Source: Verrucomicrobiales bacterium
Lineage (GTDB): Bacteria; Verrucomicrobiota; Verrucomicrobiia; Verrucomicrobiales; V1-33
DNA: 64,000 nucleotides
Assembly: GCA_031411295.1 (NCBI GenBank)
Contig: JANOAV010000086.1
Location: 60,242-124,241 of the forward strand
Reading direction: 5' to 3'
The position numbers and the translations under genes were made by a program. The notes below the pieces were generated by a model. The model saw nothing but the letters and a program-made list of their open reading frames with translations, was not told the origin of the DNA and did no database searches. Shown here in pieces: positions 18,820 through 29,217 of the stretch; position 1 is the first letter of the stretch, and the number at the start of each line of letters is the position of its first letter.

Positions 18820-19473
18820 AGATTTTAAGGGGTAAGCAAGTTGAGTTGGCGTCCGGGCTTTTACCGGTAAGGAAAGGATAGGCTCTGGCGGCCGCAGCCT
18901 AAAGGCCGAAGTCCACCAGTATTATTAGAAACGAGGGTTATCGGAAAAGAAATCCGCGTCAACCGCAAGTGATCCTCCAGTAAAAAACGGTGTGGCAGCG
19001 CAGGCAAGGAACCGCACGACTTTCGCGATTTCATCGGTGTCCCCAATTGAGGGCAATTCAGCCATTGGAATTGGGGCATTCCTGTTTCATCACCCCTAGC
19101 GGCTATCATCTTTTACCAAAATCTTTCACCAATCCACCCAGCCTCCGCCTCTGACTGGTAAAAGATTGGTGGTAAAAATTTAACAGAAATTATTCCTGAA
19201 TCCGGTCAACTCTCTGGTCCCGAGAACTCCATCAACAACCCTCAAACACCGTTTCCACAGTGCCCCAACTAGTCAGATAAAAATACCATAAGCCTCCATC
19301 TCCCAAACTGAGCTGATTCTTCTCGGGATGGTATTCGTTCTTGGGGTGATCCATCTCGAGAGGTGCTGCCAGGTTCATCCAGGGATGGGGCAATAGCCCG
19401 GAATGATTATGAAATGCTTCTGGCCAGCACTGGATTCTTTGACAAACTGCGAGTAATCCCCATCCGTTTGCCC

Positions 19474-22400
19474 ATGCCCCACCCTGCCTCGTTCAATCTC
19501 ATTCCCCAAGCTCGCTTGCCCTTACTGAATTCACTCCGGTGTTGCTTTGCTCTGGCAACGCTCTGGGCTCCCTTGGCCAATGCTGCCGAGAATCTCCTGC
19601 GCAATGGCTCCTTCGAGGGCGGCTTGCTTTACTGGCATCAGATCGATCCCAAGCAGCACACGTTGATACGCGATGCCACGGCTGGTGAGTTTGCGCTGCG
19701 GATTGCCAAGGGAAACATTATGAGTGCGCCCTTCGTGGCGGAGCAGGGTAAGCTGATGACCGTTTCCTTTTCCGTAAAGGGCGAGAAGGCGGGCCGGGTT
19801 GGGGTGCAGATGCCTCCGAGCGCGCGCGAGCCTGGCACCAAGGCCAAACGCTTGTGGATGCGTGAAGCGGAGCAGACGGCGGAGATCACGACCGAGTGGA
19901 AACGCGTTTCCTTCACGTGGCCGGCAGATGTCCCCACGGAAGGTTTCTGGCCGCAGCCGCATTACTTGGTGCAGATTGGTGGTTTCGATCAACCGATCTT
20001 GGTGGACGGAGTCACGGTCACAGTCGGCAAAGACGGAAGCCCCGCCTATGTGCCCCGCACCGACATTGAGGTGGTGGCCGAATGCGCGAATCTTCCCGGT
20101 TGGGATGGCGCGGCGGGCAATGCCTTCGATAAAGGCGCGACCGCTCGGATGGTGGCCCACGTTTCCAATCCTGGCACCGCCGCGCGCGAAGTAATCGTTC
20201 GCTGGCAATTTGTGGATTATGAAGGTGAGACTCCGGTGGGGCCGCCGATTGATCAGAAGATCACGCTAACCGCTGGCAAAACGTTCTCCGCCACCACGCC
20301 CATGGTGTTGAATCGCAACGGCTTCGTCTATGCTCGACTGAGTGCGATTGGCAATAAAGCGGGCACCACGGGCGAAACGGTGTTTGATAAATCTGATTTT
20401 CCGCTAACATCCATTCCGTATCCCAAGGCCGCTACAAAGCCGGACTTCCGCGAGCGTTTTGGCGGGTCCTTTGCCGGGCGAGAAATGATGTTGCAGAAAT
20501 ATCAACGGTTAGGCTTCGGTTGGACTCGTTGGTTTCCCGAAACGAAGTGGCAGTTCTTCCAACCCAAGGCAGGCGATCCCTTCAATTGGCACAATGCCGA
20601 TTTCGAATTGGCGGTCAAGTATGGCGTCTCGCAACATGTGGTCCTCTACGGCTGGCCGAAGGGCCTGATGGATGCCGAGCACAGTGGTCAACCGCTGCCG
20701 TTGGACATGAAATGGAAGGCCGATGATCCTCGTTGGGATGATCTTTCGATCGAGACGGCTTGGGATAAATATGTGAAAGCCGCCGCCGTAAATTTCAAAG
20801 GGAAGTCGATCATCTTCGAAATCTCCAACGAGCCTGAGTTCGACAAGTGGGATAAGTTCTATCCGGAGTATGCGAAGTTCAACATTCGCACCGCCAAACT
20901 CATCCGTGCTGCGGATCCGTCCGCCAAGATCATGGTCAACAACGTCTATGGTATTCCCAGTCCCGTGAACGCTGCGTTCTTCCAAGCAGGCGGCTTGAAA
21001 TACATCGATGTTGTTTCCTGGCACGACTACCATGCCGGTTGGCTGGCCGATGCCCAGAGCATCAAACGCATGCGTCAGAACATGGATGAAGCGGGCGGGA
21101 AGCACGTCGAGATTTGGTTCAACGAAGGTTGGGCTTACACAAATACCGCCGTGGATGAACCCATCGCTTGCACGCATCTAACCTCCGCGCAGAGCACCAA
21201 CGCGCATGCTTGCTGCGTGGCGGAAATGACGATCTCCGGGCAGGAGAAAACGATTCTCTTTCACACCGGTTATGAAGATCACGGCCAGAGCTTCTGGGAC
21301 TACAGTGGCCCGGGCACGCTGCTGTGGGATTGGTATAACTATCCGCTGCCGCTGGTGGGCATGTGGAATGTGTTGAATCATCACATCGGTATCAGCGATG
21401 AAGTGGGTTTCGTCCGGCCGCCGGGGGCGAATTTCACCATCTTCCAAGACCAGCGCAATGGACGCGGCCTGATCATTGCTTATGCCGATCGCGAATCCAA
21501 GGACGATGTGGTGGTGGATCTGCCTGACTTCGGAGCACCGCTGCTGGCGGAAGATATCATGGGCAATGTGGCACCAGCGGCAAAGAAACTGACACTTTCT
21601 AAAACTGGTCGCCCGGTGCTGCTCTACACCGCCGCCAAGACTCCGGGGAAAGCATTTTTTAGCAAACTAGAGTCGCTGGATCGCAAGCATACCAGCTTTG
21701 TTAGCAATGCACCCGGTGCCTCGCCTGTATTCAAACTTCCCGCGCAATGGGAAGGCACAACCAAAGGAACCAGCGACGGCAGCGTGGCCATGGCGAATGG
21801 CAAACCGATTTGGAAACTCGAACAACTTTGGCCCGCCGATTGGAAGCAGCCGGGAAATTTCAAAGCCATGATCTGGACCGGCACCGATTGGAATGTGAAG
21901 GAAGGCGGCTTCGGCGGACAGCCCGGTGCCACGCTAAAGGATGGCACGTTAGGCTTCGGCACAAGGGCTCCCCACGGCCCTGAAAATGATCGCCACCTTC
22001 GGACGGCGGGCCTGACCTTTGTGGCTCCGACCGCTGGAAACTTCGCTCTGCATGGCAAGGTGGCCTGTCGCATGTGGGATAGTAAAAACGACACCACATT
22101 ATTTATCCTTTGCAAGACCGCCAGCAGCGTGGAGAAAGTTGGCAGCCTCAGAATAGCTCACGAAGGCGAAACCACGCTAGAAGGCCAAACGGTGGAACTT
22201 CCCGCAGGTGGAGAACTCACCTTGCTGCCGCAAATTGATGGCAATTTCTCCGGAGGCGATTGCAAGCTCAAAGACTTCTCCATTAGCCTAGCCGATGGCA
22301 AAGCCGCCGGCACCGCACCAGGTTATCGCCTGCCTGCCGTCTGGGAAGGAACCAAGAAGGGCACCGCTGCTGGAAACCCCATCGCTGCCAACGGCCAACC

Positions 22401-22899
22401 TATCTGGCGCATCGACCGACTCTATCCAGGCGATCCCATCATGACGGCAAATTACACGCCGATGATCTGGGAAGGCACCCGCTGGGCCGCGGCCGACCAC
22501 ACTCACGGTGGTCATCCCAGCGCCGTGATAGCCGATGGTAAAATTTCCTTTGCCGCCATGGGGCCATGGAATGGGGAGCTGAATTTTGGCAAGATTCCGG
22601 TGTTGGTATTCATCGCCCCGAAGACGGGAGTCTATCAAATCACCGGCACCGCCAACTGCAAGCCTTGGGAGGGTGGGGCCAAAACCTATCCCCTCTCCCT
22701 GCGCAAGAAAGACACCCAACGAGCCGCCGAGATCACCACCCTCCAACTCCCGCGCGACGGCACCCCGGTGCCCATCAAGACCGAAGTCGAACTAACCGCC
22801 GGCCACGAACTCCTCTTCGTTCCCCTAACCCAGGACCTGCACAACAACGCTGCTAGCATTTCCATCGATAACCTCGTGATTACGTTGGTGGTGAAGTAG
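19474..22899 (+). CDS. Secreted clan-A glycoside hydrolase-like protein with N-terminal CBM-like domain and duplicated C-terminal domain
   Basis: Signal peptide then ENLLRNGSFE (CBM4/9-like start), FEISNEPE (acid/base), DVVSWHDY and IWFNEG (nucleophile). Start uncertain (track gives 19363). Confidence 0.72.
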   Translation: MPHPASFNLIPQARLPLLNSLRCCFALATLWAPLANAAENLLRNGSFEGGLLYWHQIDPKQHTLIRDATAGEFALRIAKGNIMSAPFVAEQGKLMTVSFSVKGEKAGRVGVQMPPSAREPGTKAKRLWMREAEQTAEITTEWKRVSFTWPADVPTEGFWPQPHYLVQIGGFDQPILVDGVTVTVGKDGSPAYVPRTDIEVVAECANLPGWDGAAGNAFDKGATARMVAHVSNPGTAAREVIVRWQFVDYEGETPVGPPIDQKITLTAGKTFSATTPMVLNRNGFVYARLSAIGNKAGTTGETVFDKSDFPLTSIPYPKAATKPDFRERFGGSFAGREMMLQKYQRLGFGWTRWFPETKWQFFQPKAGDPFNWHNADFELAVKYGVSQHVVLYGWPKGLMDAEHSGQPLPLDMKWKADDPRWDDLSIETAWDKYVKAAAVNFKGKSIIFEISNEPEFDKWDKFYPEYAKFNIRTAKLIRAADPSAKIMVNNVYGIPSPVNAAFFQAGGLKYIDVVSWHDYHAGWLADAQSIKRMRQNMDEAGGKHVEIWFNEGWAYTNTAVDEPIACTHLTSAQSTNAHACCVAEMTISGQEKTILFHTGYEDHGQSFWDYSGPGTLLWDWYNYPLPLVGMWNVLNHHIGISDEVGFVRPPGANFTIFQDQRNGRGLIIAYADRESKDDVVVDLPDFGAPLLAEDIMGNVAPAAKKLTLSKTGRPVLLYTAAKTPGKAFFSKLESLDRKHTSFVSNAPGASPVFKLPAQWEGTTKGTSDGSVAMANGKPIWKLEQLWPADWKQPGNFKAMIWTGTDWNVKEGGFGGQPGATLKDGTLGFGTRAPHGPENDRHLRTAGLTFVAPTAGNFALHGKVACRMWDSKNDTTLFILCKTASSVEKVGSLRIAHEGETTLEGQTVELPAGGELTLLPQIDGNFSGGDCKLKDFSISLADGKAAGTAPGYRLPAVWEGTKKGTAAGNPIAANGQPIWRIDRLYPGDPIMTANYTPMIWEGTRWAAADHTHGGHPSAVIADGKISFAAMGPWNGELNFGKIPVLVFIAPKTGVYQITGTANCKPWEGGAKTYPLSLRKKDTQRAAEITTLQLPRDGTPVPIKTEVELTAGHELLFVPLTQDLHNNAASISIDNLVITLVVK

Positions 22900-23024
22900 T
22901 GTTTGGTCGGGCGCTGGAGCACTCGCTGGGCGAATTCAGCAGATACCTTGATGTTGACTTAGAATCCGCGCTCCTGCCATTCCCATGTTGCTTAACGGAT
23001 TCAATTACGTCACCGTGACTTTGG

Positions 23025-23747
23025 CTATGCCAAGGCCTGCCTTAGAGCGGCCAACTCTTCGTCGATTAAGGCTTCTGAGGGCATCTCCAGCGTGTCTGCA
23101 ATCGTCTGCCGCAGAAGCGCCCGGAACCGCTGGCGGAGCCGGAAGACCGCCTGCCTCAGAGCATTGGCCTCCAATCCGAGCGCAGGTGCGGCCTGGCTAT
23201 AATCTCCCTCCATTTCCGGATCTAGAAAGGTGCGAAGCGACTCAAAAAGCGCACCCCGACCACGGGCCGCATAATCCGTTTCCAGCGCCTTCATCGCGCT
23301 CTCCAAACAAGTCATCGCCCAGCATCGATCAAAAAATCCCACCGGAGTCTCCTGTTGCGGCGTGCTGAGAAATCGTGTGTCGGCTTCCTGCGCGTCCAGC
23401 GACAGTAGGGCGACCCCACCACCTCGTTTCTGGCGGTTTCCCTTGCGCGTGGTATCAATTAGATCCCGCTGAAACACTGTGAGCAAGTAAGTGCGTAATC
23501 GCCCACGCTCTGGATTCGCCTTCAGCAGGAGGTCACCAGCAGCCACGCGGGTGAGGAACTCCTGTGTCTCATCCTCTGCGTCCTCAGCACTACAACCCTT
23601 CTGGCGCGCAAAGGCATACAGCGGAAACCAATACAACCGACACAGTTCCTCCAGTGCCTGACGCGCCTGCCTCCCACTGCCAGCAGCAGTGAGCACCACG
23701 CTCCAGCGGGTCACAGGAAATTGCGGAATAGGTTGATCATCTTCCAT
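23025..23747 (-). CDS. ECF sigma factor, Ser/Thr-kinase-associated type
   Basis: FPVTRWSVV, ALEELCRLYWFPLYAFAR, DAEDETQEF, RGRLRTYLL, AVFRLRQRF; divergent from a kinase gene. Confidence 0.9.
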   Translation of the reverse strand: MEDDQPIPQFPVTRWSVVLTAAGSGRQARQALEELCRLYWFPLYAFARQKGCSAEDAEDETQEFLTRVAAGDLLLKANPERGRLRTYLLTVFQRDLIDTTRKGNRQKRGGGVALLSLDAQEADTRFLSTPQQETPVGFFDRCWAMTCLESAMKALETDYAARGRGALFESLRTFLDPEMEGDYSQAAPALGLEANALRQAVFRLRQRFRALLRQTIADTLEMPSEALIDEELAALRQALA

Positions 23748-23875
23748 AAAAGCAGGGGATGGTGCCACCTTGCACGATTCATACGGAATCGCAGCTTATA
23801 TTTTTACTTTGTAACGTGGTCCCACATTTAGCGAATATTACGTTGCCGCCCTTCGCTGGGCGGGTCACTTATCTC

Positions 23876-26614
23876 ATGTCCACCGACTCCACTCCTCCGC
23901 TACCACCTTCTCTCCTGCAGGGTCTTGACCTTGGCCGGGTCATGGGTTTGGGCTTGGACGACGCGCAAGCCGCCAGTCCGAAGGACGCCTTGAAAGTCCC
24001 CACCGCCGCGGAACTAGCCTCGCTGCTGCCGGAGTATGAGATCCAAGGGATCATCGGCCGGGGTGGCATGGGAGCCGTCTATGGAGCCATTCAGAAGCAG
24101 CTACAGCGCCCGGTGGCCATCAAGGTCCTGCCGATTTCACTTGGTGATACCCCCGGGTTTACCGCCCGTTTCCGCCAGGAAGCCCAGGCCATGGCTTCAC
24201 TGAATCACCCGAACATCGTGGCCGTCTATGACTCTGGCGAGACGATTGCCGGGCATTCCTATTATGTGATGGAAATGATCCCCGGCATGGATCTGGCCCA
24301 GCAACTCGAACGCGAGCGACTGCCCACAGATACGGTCGTGCCCCTGGTAGCCGCCCTCTGTGAAGCCCTGGCCTTCGCCCACGAACGCGGTGTGATCCAT
24401 CGCGATCTCAAGCCCTCCAATATTCTCCTAACTACCGACGGAGTCCCCAAGTTGGCCGATTTTGGGCTCGCGCTGCTGATGGAGAAAAATTTGGAATTAT
24501 CCCGCCTCACCATGGGCGGCACCACGCTCGGAACCTTGGAATATGCAGCTCCCGAGCAACTGCATCATGGCCAGATCTCCCCCGCCACGGATCTCTACAG
24601 CCTGGGCGCGCTGCTGTATGAATTGCTCACTGGGGAATTGCCGCGTGGCGTGTTTGATCCCCCGTCGGTCCGGAATCCCGGAGTGGATCCCGCCTTCGAT
24701 AGCGTCGTGTTGCGTGCCCTCCAGAGTGATCCCGACCGTCGCTTTGCCACCGCTGCGGATTTCCGCCAAGCCTTGCTGCAGGCCGCCGACCGTCGTCATC
24801 AGCAGGAGGCAAGAGATCTCCTGCTGCGACGCAAAATGGCCCGCCGCGCTCGACTTGCGCTGGTATCCACTGGGATTGCCCTGCTCACCGGAGGCACCGC
24901 CATCTACGCCTGGCAGGCCAAGCACGAGGCCACCGAACGCAGTCTGGCTGCCACCAAGGCGGAAGCCAAGACCGATGATGTCATGCAGTTTCTCCTCACC
25001 GACCTCCGTCGTCGCTTGGAACCCACGGGAAACCTGGGAGCCATGGAATCCACGCTGGAACGGGCCGTGGAGCATTACCGGGAGAAATACGAACTATCCG
25101 GCCAGGCCACCGTTGCTGCCATGAAGTTGGCGGACGTCCTCGTCGTCAAAGGCGACGTCATTGGCGTGCGCGGCCTGGGAACGGCCGCGGACAAGCTTTA
25201 CACCGAGGCCATCGACGTGCTACAGCGGGCCAGAAAGCAAGATGCCGCAAATTTCGACCTCTCCCTACGCATGACCAAGGCCTTCAAGGATCGGAGCGAG
25301 CATCGCATGGCCTCGGGGCGCTACCCCGATGCCTTGGAAGATGCCCGGACCATGCTGCAAACAACCACGGACTATCCACCCCACCAAGGCACTGCGGCCG
25401 CTCAGCAAGCCCAAGCGGAGGCGCATCGCGCCATGGCCAATGCGTTCGGATACACCAAGGACTTCGACGAAGCCCGTGAGGAGTATCTCGCCTCCAAAGC
25501 TTTGTTTATTGAGTTGCTGGCAGCGGAACCAGACCACGCCGCGTGGCGCGACGAGCTGGCAGCCTTGGAAATGTCCCTGGGCTCGCTGGCGGAAGCGGTG
25601 GAGGATTATCCAGGGATGCTGCAACATTTCACCGCCTATCATGACTATGTGACCCAACGCTACGGCCCCACCAATCAACTCTACTCCTACAGCAGCTTCC
25701 GCATGGGCGTGGCCATGATTAAATTGCAGCGCCCGGCGGAAGCCATTCCCTATCTGAAAGCGGCCATCGATCTAGCCGAACCGATGTTGGTCCGCGAGCC
25801 AGGGCACAAGGGGGTTTTGACCCATCTTTCGTGGTGCCTGAAGCTCATGGTCGAAGCCTTGGAGGCGGATCACCAAACGGAGGCCGCCCTCCCTTATCGC
25901 GAGCGCCAGAGGACCATCAACGCGCAATTGGCCGCCGCGCCAGCCGTTGCCGTCGCCTCGTCGGTCAACTTCGAAGCAGAGTTCCAGAAGCTCAGCGCAG
26001 GATCTCCCACCCATCTTGCATGGTGGTCATTCTGTCAGCGTTTCCAGACCGGGGTGGAGTCGGAGCCGGATCCTAAGCTGCGGCAAGAAGCCTACGCCAA
26101 CTTCCTAGAGCACGTCCACTCCTCCACTGCCAAGCAGCCGCCTGGAAACTTCGTCCACACCGTCACGGCATTTATGCATAATCGCCTAGCCGGCCTGCTG
26201 CTGGATCACGACCCCGCCGCTTCCGCGCAACATGCGGCCGCCGCCATGAACTTGCGGCAGGCCTTGGTGCAAGCCCATCCGGGCGACCCCATTCTGGAGC
26301 GCAACGTCCTCTCCAGTGCCTCCCACTGGCTGGAAGCGGCCGTCCAAGGCCAGAACACCGCCACCGTCCTCGCAGCCGCCACCGGTTTCGCCCAAGCCGC
26401 CCAACTCCAATCACCCGCGGCCCTGAACGAAAAATCCCAGGGCCTCAGCTTCGCCCAAGTTGCCGCCACCAAGCTGGAAACCGCCGTCCACCGCTGGCCG
26501 GAGTTGCGAACCGAACTCACCGCCACCGCCAGCACCATTGCCACCGCCTTGTTGGATCGACTGCCGAAAAGCTCTGAAGTTGATTCGATCTCCGATCGGC
26601 TAAAGCATCTTTAG
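23876..26614 (+). CDS. Membrane Ser/Thr protein kinase with TPR-like C-terminal region
   Basis: GRGGMGAVY, VAIK, HRDLKPSNIL, DFGLA, GTLEYAAPE, then one TM helix and helical repeats. Confidence 0.92.
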   Translation: MSTDSTPPLPPSLLQGLDLGRVMGLGLDDAQAASPKDALKVPTAAELASLLPEYEIQGIIGRGGMGAVYGAIQKQLQRPVAIKVLPISLGDTPGFTARFRQEAQAMASLNHPNIVAVYDSGETIAGHSYYVMEMIPGMDLAQQLERERLPTDTVVPLVAALCEALAFAHERGVIHRDLKPSNILLTTDGVPKLADFGLALLMEKNLELSRLTMGGTTLGTLEYAAPEQLHHGQISPATDLYSLGALLYELLTGELPRGVFDPPSVRNPGVDPAFDSVVLRALQSDPDRRFATAADFRQALLQAADRRHQQEARDLLLRRKMARRARLALVSTGIALLTGGTAIYAWQAKHEATERSLAATKAEAKTDDVMQFLLTDLRRRLEPTGNLGAMESTLERAVEHYREKYELSGQATVAAMKLADVLVVKGDVIGVRGLGTAADKLYTEAIDVLQRARKQDAANFDLSLRMTKAFKDRSEHRMASGRYPDALEDARTMLQTTTDYPPHQGTAAAQQAQAEAHRAMANAFGYTKDFDEAREEYLASKALFIELLAAEPDHAAWRDELAALEMSLGSLAEAVEDYPGMLQHFTAYHDYVTQRYGPTNQLYSYSSFRMGVAMIKLQRPAEAIPYLKAAIDLAEPMLVREPGHKGVLTHLSWCLKLMVEALEADHQTEAALPYRERQRTINAQLAAAPAVAVASSVNFEAEFQKLSAGSPTHLAWWSFCQRFQTGVESEPDPKLRQEAYANFLEHVHSSTAKQPPGNFVHTVTAFMHNRLAGLLLDHDPAASAQHAAAAMNLRQALVQAHPGDPILERNVLSSASHWLEAAVQGQNTATVLAAATGFAQAAQLQSPAALNEKSQGLSFAQVAATKLETAVHRWPELRTELTATASTIATALLDRLPKSSEVDSISDRLKHL

Positions 26615-26811
26615 TTGATGACACCTTCCTGATCGCCATCCCGTTTAGCAATTCGCCATCACTTCCTCCGCTCACACAACGCGGTGCTTCAATAGTTTGT
26701 CAGACGCTTTATTTTGGTCAGTCTTGACATCGTCTTTAATAAGTGTTGGTCGCCCCGCTTCCGCACTCACGGCCTTGCCAGGGAAGGCTGCTATCCAGCA
26801 GGATGCTCCAC

Positions 26812-29046
26812 ATGAAACTCATATTCGTTCTCATTGGTCTAGCCTCCCCCACGCTTTCCGCGCAGGAGTCATTGGTTACCGGAGTGGAGCCGCAGCCGTT
26901 GTTAGTGCAAGTGCAGCGTTTGCAGGAGGCCATGGCGTTCCTGGGCGAGCCGTTTTCCCCCGATGAACAAATGATCTTGGGGGCCTTGAAGGCCGATGGT
27001 GGTGAAGCGGTCGCGCAGAAGGTGCAGGAAATTCTAGACCAACATTGCTTGGCCTTCGCTAACATCAATCCAGAGTCGCGCGTGAAGGTCGTGGCTGGGC
27101 CAGCCAAGCGTGAACTGACGGAGGCAGGTTGGCGGCATTATTTGGTCAAGGTGAACAATGAAGCTGGGGTCACCTCCACACTAACGGTGCAAGGTGCGCA
27201 AGCCCAAGCAGTAGCGAATGCTCCGGCAGATCAAGTCGCGGACCGTTGGTTGGAGGCCTCCATGTTCGATGCCAAGCCTTTGGAAAAAGGATTGAACGGT
27301 TTGAAATTGGAGTATCGCATCCTGCAACTCTACAGTCGCGATGCGGGGAAACGCAGTGCCGTGCTGGTCTTCGGAGCGGGTCAGGGCACGCAGGATTTAG
27401 GCTTCCGCGCGGACCTAACGTTGACGTTTGACTGCGCGGCGGGCAAAGAAATTGCGGTCTCGCTGAAGGACGAAGTTGGGGTGCCGACCACGGCATGCTT
27501 GGAAATCCGTGATGCCGCTGGGCGCGTCTTCCCTAGCATGGCGAAACGGTTGGCACCAGATTTCTTTTTCCATCCGCAAGTATATCGTGCTGATGGCGAG
27601 ACCATCAAATTACCTGCCAAGCCGCTCACGGTGCGCTGCACGCGTGGACCGGAATACACGATCCAAGAACAGACCATTGATTTCAGCAAAGCGGACACGA
27701 CGAAGCTGGAATTCAAGCTAGTGCGCTGGGTGGATCCCGCTGCCACCGGATGGTGGAGTGGCGACCACCACATTCATGCGGCAGGTTGTGCGCATTACAC
27801 AAATCCGACGCAAGGCGTGCATGCTCCAGACATGCTGCGGCATTGCATGGGGGAGGATTTGAAAGTGGGGGCCAACTTAACCTGGGGGCCGTGTTTTGAT
27901 TATCAGAAACAGTTCTTTACCGGCAAGGATGATAAAGTTTCCAAGCTCCCTTACTTGCTGCGTTACGATGTGGAGGTGAGTGGATTTGGCTCGCACCAGA
28001 GCGGGCATCTTTGCTTGTTGCGGCTGAAGGAACAAATGTTTCCCGGAGGTGATTCTGACAAACATTGGCCAACGCTTTGCCTGAATACGTTGCGTTGGGC
28101 GCAAGCTCAGGGCGCAGTCTGCGGGCCTGCGCATAGCGGCTGGGGATTACAGATTAAGGATCGGAATTTGCCCTCGCAGGAAATTCCACCGTTCGATGGG
28201 ATCGGTGCCTGCGAATACATCGTCGATGTCACGCATCAACTCCCCGGGCCTGATGGCAAGCCGGTTCCCGCCGTTGATTTCCTCTCCACCGTGGACACCC
28301 CATGGCCTTGGGAACTGAACATCTGGTATCACACGCTAAACTGCGGATACCGCACGCGGATCAGTGGCGAAACGGATTTTCCCTGCATCTATGGCGAGCG
28401 CGTGGGCCTGGGCCGCAGCTATGTCAAAGTCCGCCCGCCCCTCACCTACGAAGCTTGGTGCCAGGGCATCAGCGAAGGCCGAAAATATGTTAGCGATGGC
28501 CACAGCCACCTGATGGATTTCAAACTCGACGGCCATGCCCTTGGCGATGGAGATTGTGAAATTCAACTGGCCCAACCACGCAAGCTCCAAGCCACCGTCA
28601 ACACCGCCGCCCTGCTCGCGGAACAACCAATTTCAGGGATTCAGAATCTCCCCGTGGAGCAGAAACCTTACTGGCACATCGAACGCGCGCGACTCGGCCA
28701 GAGCCGTGATGTCAAAGTGGAACTGCTCGTGAATGGCTCGCCCGCCGCTTCACAAAACATCACCGCCGATGGTAAATTGCGTCCACTTACCTTCGACGTC
28801 GATCTTCAGCAAAGCGCTTGGGTGTCACTCCGCATCCTCCCCAGCTCGCACACCAATCCCATTTTCGTGACCATCGCCGACCAACCAATCCGCGTCAAAA
28901 GCAGCATCGAGTGGTGTCTGAAGAGCGTGGAGAAGTGCTGGAGCCAGAAGGAACGCTTCATTGCCGCACCGGAGCATGCAGAGGCGGTCAGGGCCTACGA
29001 TCACGCTCGGACGGAGTATCGGCGGATTTTGAGTGAGGCGCGCTAG
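26812..29046 (+). CDS. Secreted PHP-type metallohydrolase (CehA/McbA-like)
   Basis: Signal peptide, RGPEY, WWSGDHHIH, SGHL, GPAHSGWG, WYHTLNCG.R..SGETDFPC, SHTNPIFV. Confidence 0.78.
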   Translation: MKLIFVLIGLASPTLSAQESLVTGVEPQPLLVQVQRLQEAMAFLGEPFSPDEQMILGALKADGGEAVAQKVQEILDQHCLAFANINPESRVKVVAGPAKRELTEAGWRHYLVKVNNEAGVTSTLTVQGAQAQAVANAPADQVADRWLEASMFDAKPLEKGLNGLKLEYRILQLYSRDAGKRSAVLVFGAGQGTQDLGFRADLTLTFDCAAGKEIAVSLKDEVGVPTTACLEIRDAAGRVFPSMAKRLAPDFFFHPQVYRADGETIKLPAKPLTVRCTRGPEYTIQEQTIDFSKADTTKLEFKLVRWVDPAATGWWSGDHHIHAAGCAHYTNPTQGVHAPDMLRHCMGEDLKVGANLTWGPCFDYQKQFFTGKDDKVSKLPYLLRYDVEVSGFGSHQSGHLCLLRLKEQMFPGGDSDKHWPTLCLNTLRWAQAQGAVCGPAHSGWGLQIKDRNLPSQEIPPFDGIGACEYIVDVTHQLPGPDGKPVPAVDFLSTVDTPWPWELNIWYHTLNCGYRTRISGETDFPCIYGERVGLGRSYVKVRPPLTYEAWCQGISEGRKYVSDGHSHLMDFKLDGHALGDGDCEIQLAQPRKLQATVNTAALLAEQPISGIQNLPVEQKPYWHIERARLGQSRDVKVELLVNGSPAASQNITADGKLRPLTFDVDLQQSAWVSLRILPSSHTNPIFVTIADQPIRVKSSIEWCLKSVEKCWSQKERFIAAPEHAEAVRAYDHARTEYRRILSEAR

Positions 29047-29217
29047 CTGCAAGATGGCTCCAGCTCAAAGATTAGCACGCGGATCACCGCCCGAATTTCC
29101 ACCACCATTGAACAATGGAACCATAAGCTCGTTCTGTAATCCTCTTGACCAGATCAAGTCTGAGCGGTTGAGTGGATGGTGCCTTGCTGGCTCCTGCCCA
29201 CGGTTTTTTTGCCTCCG

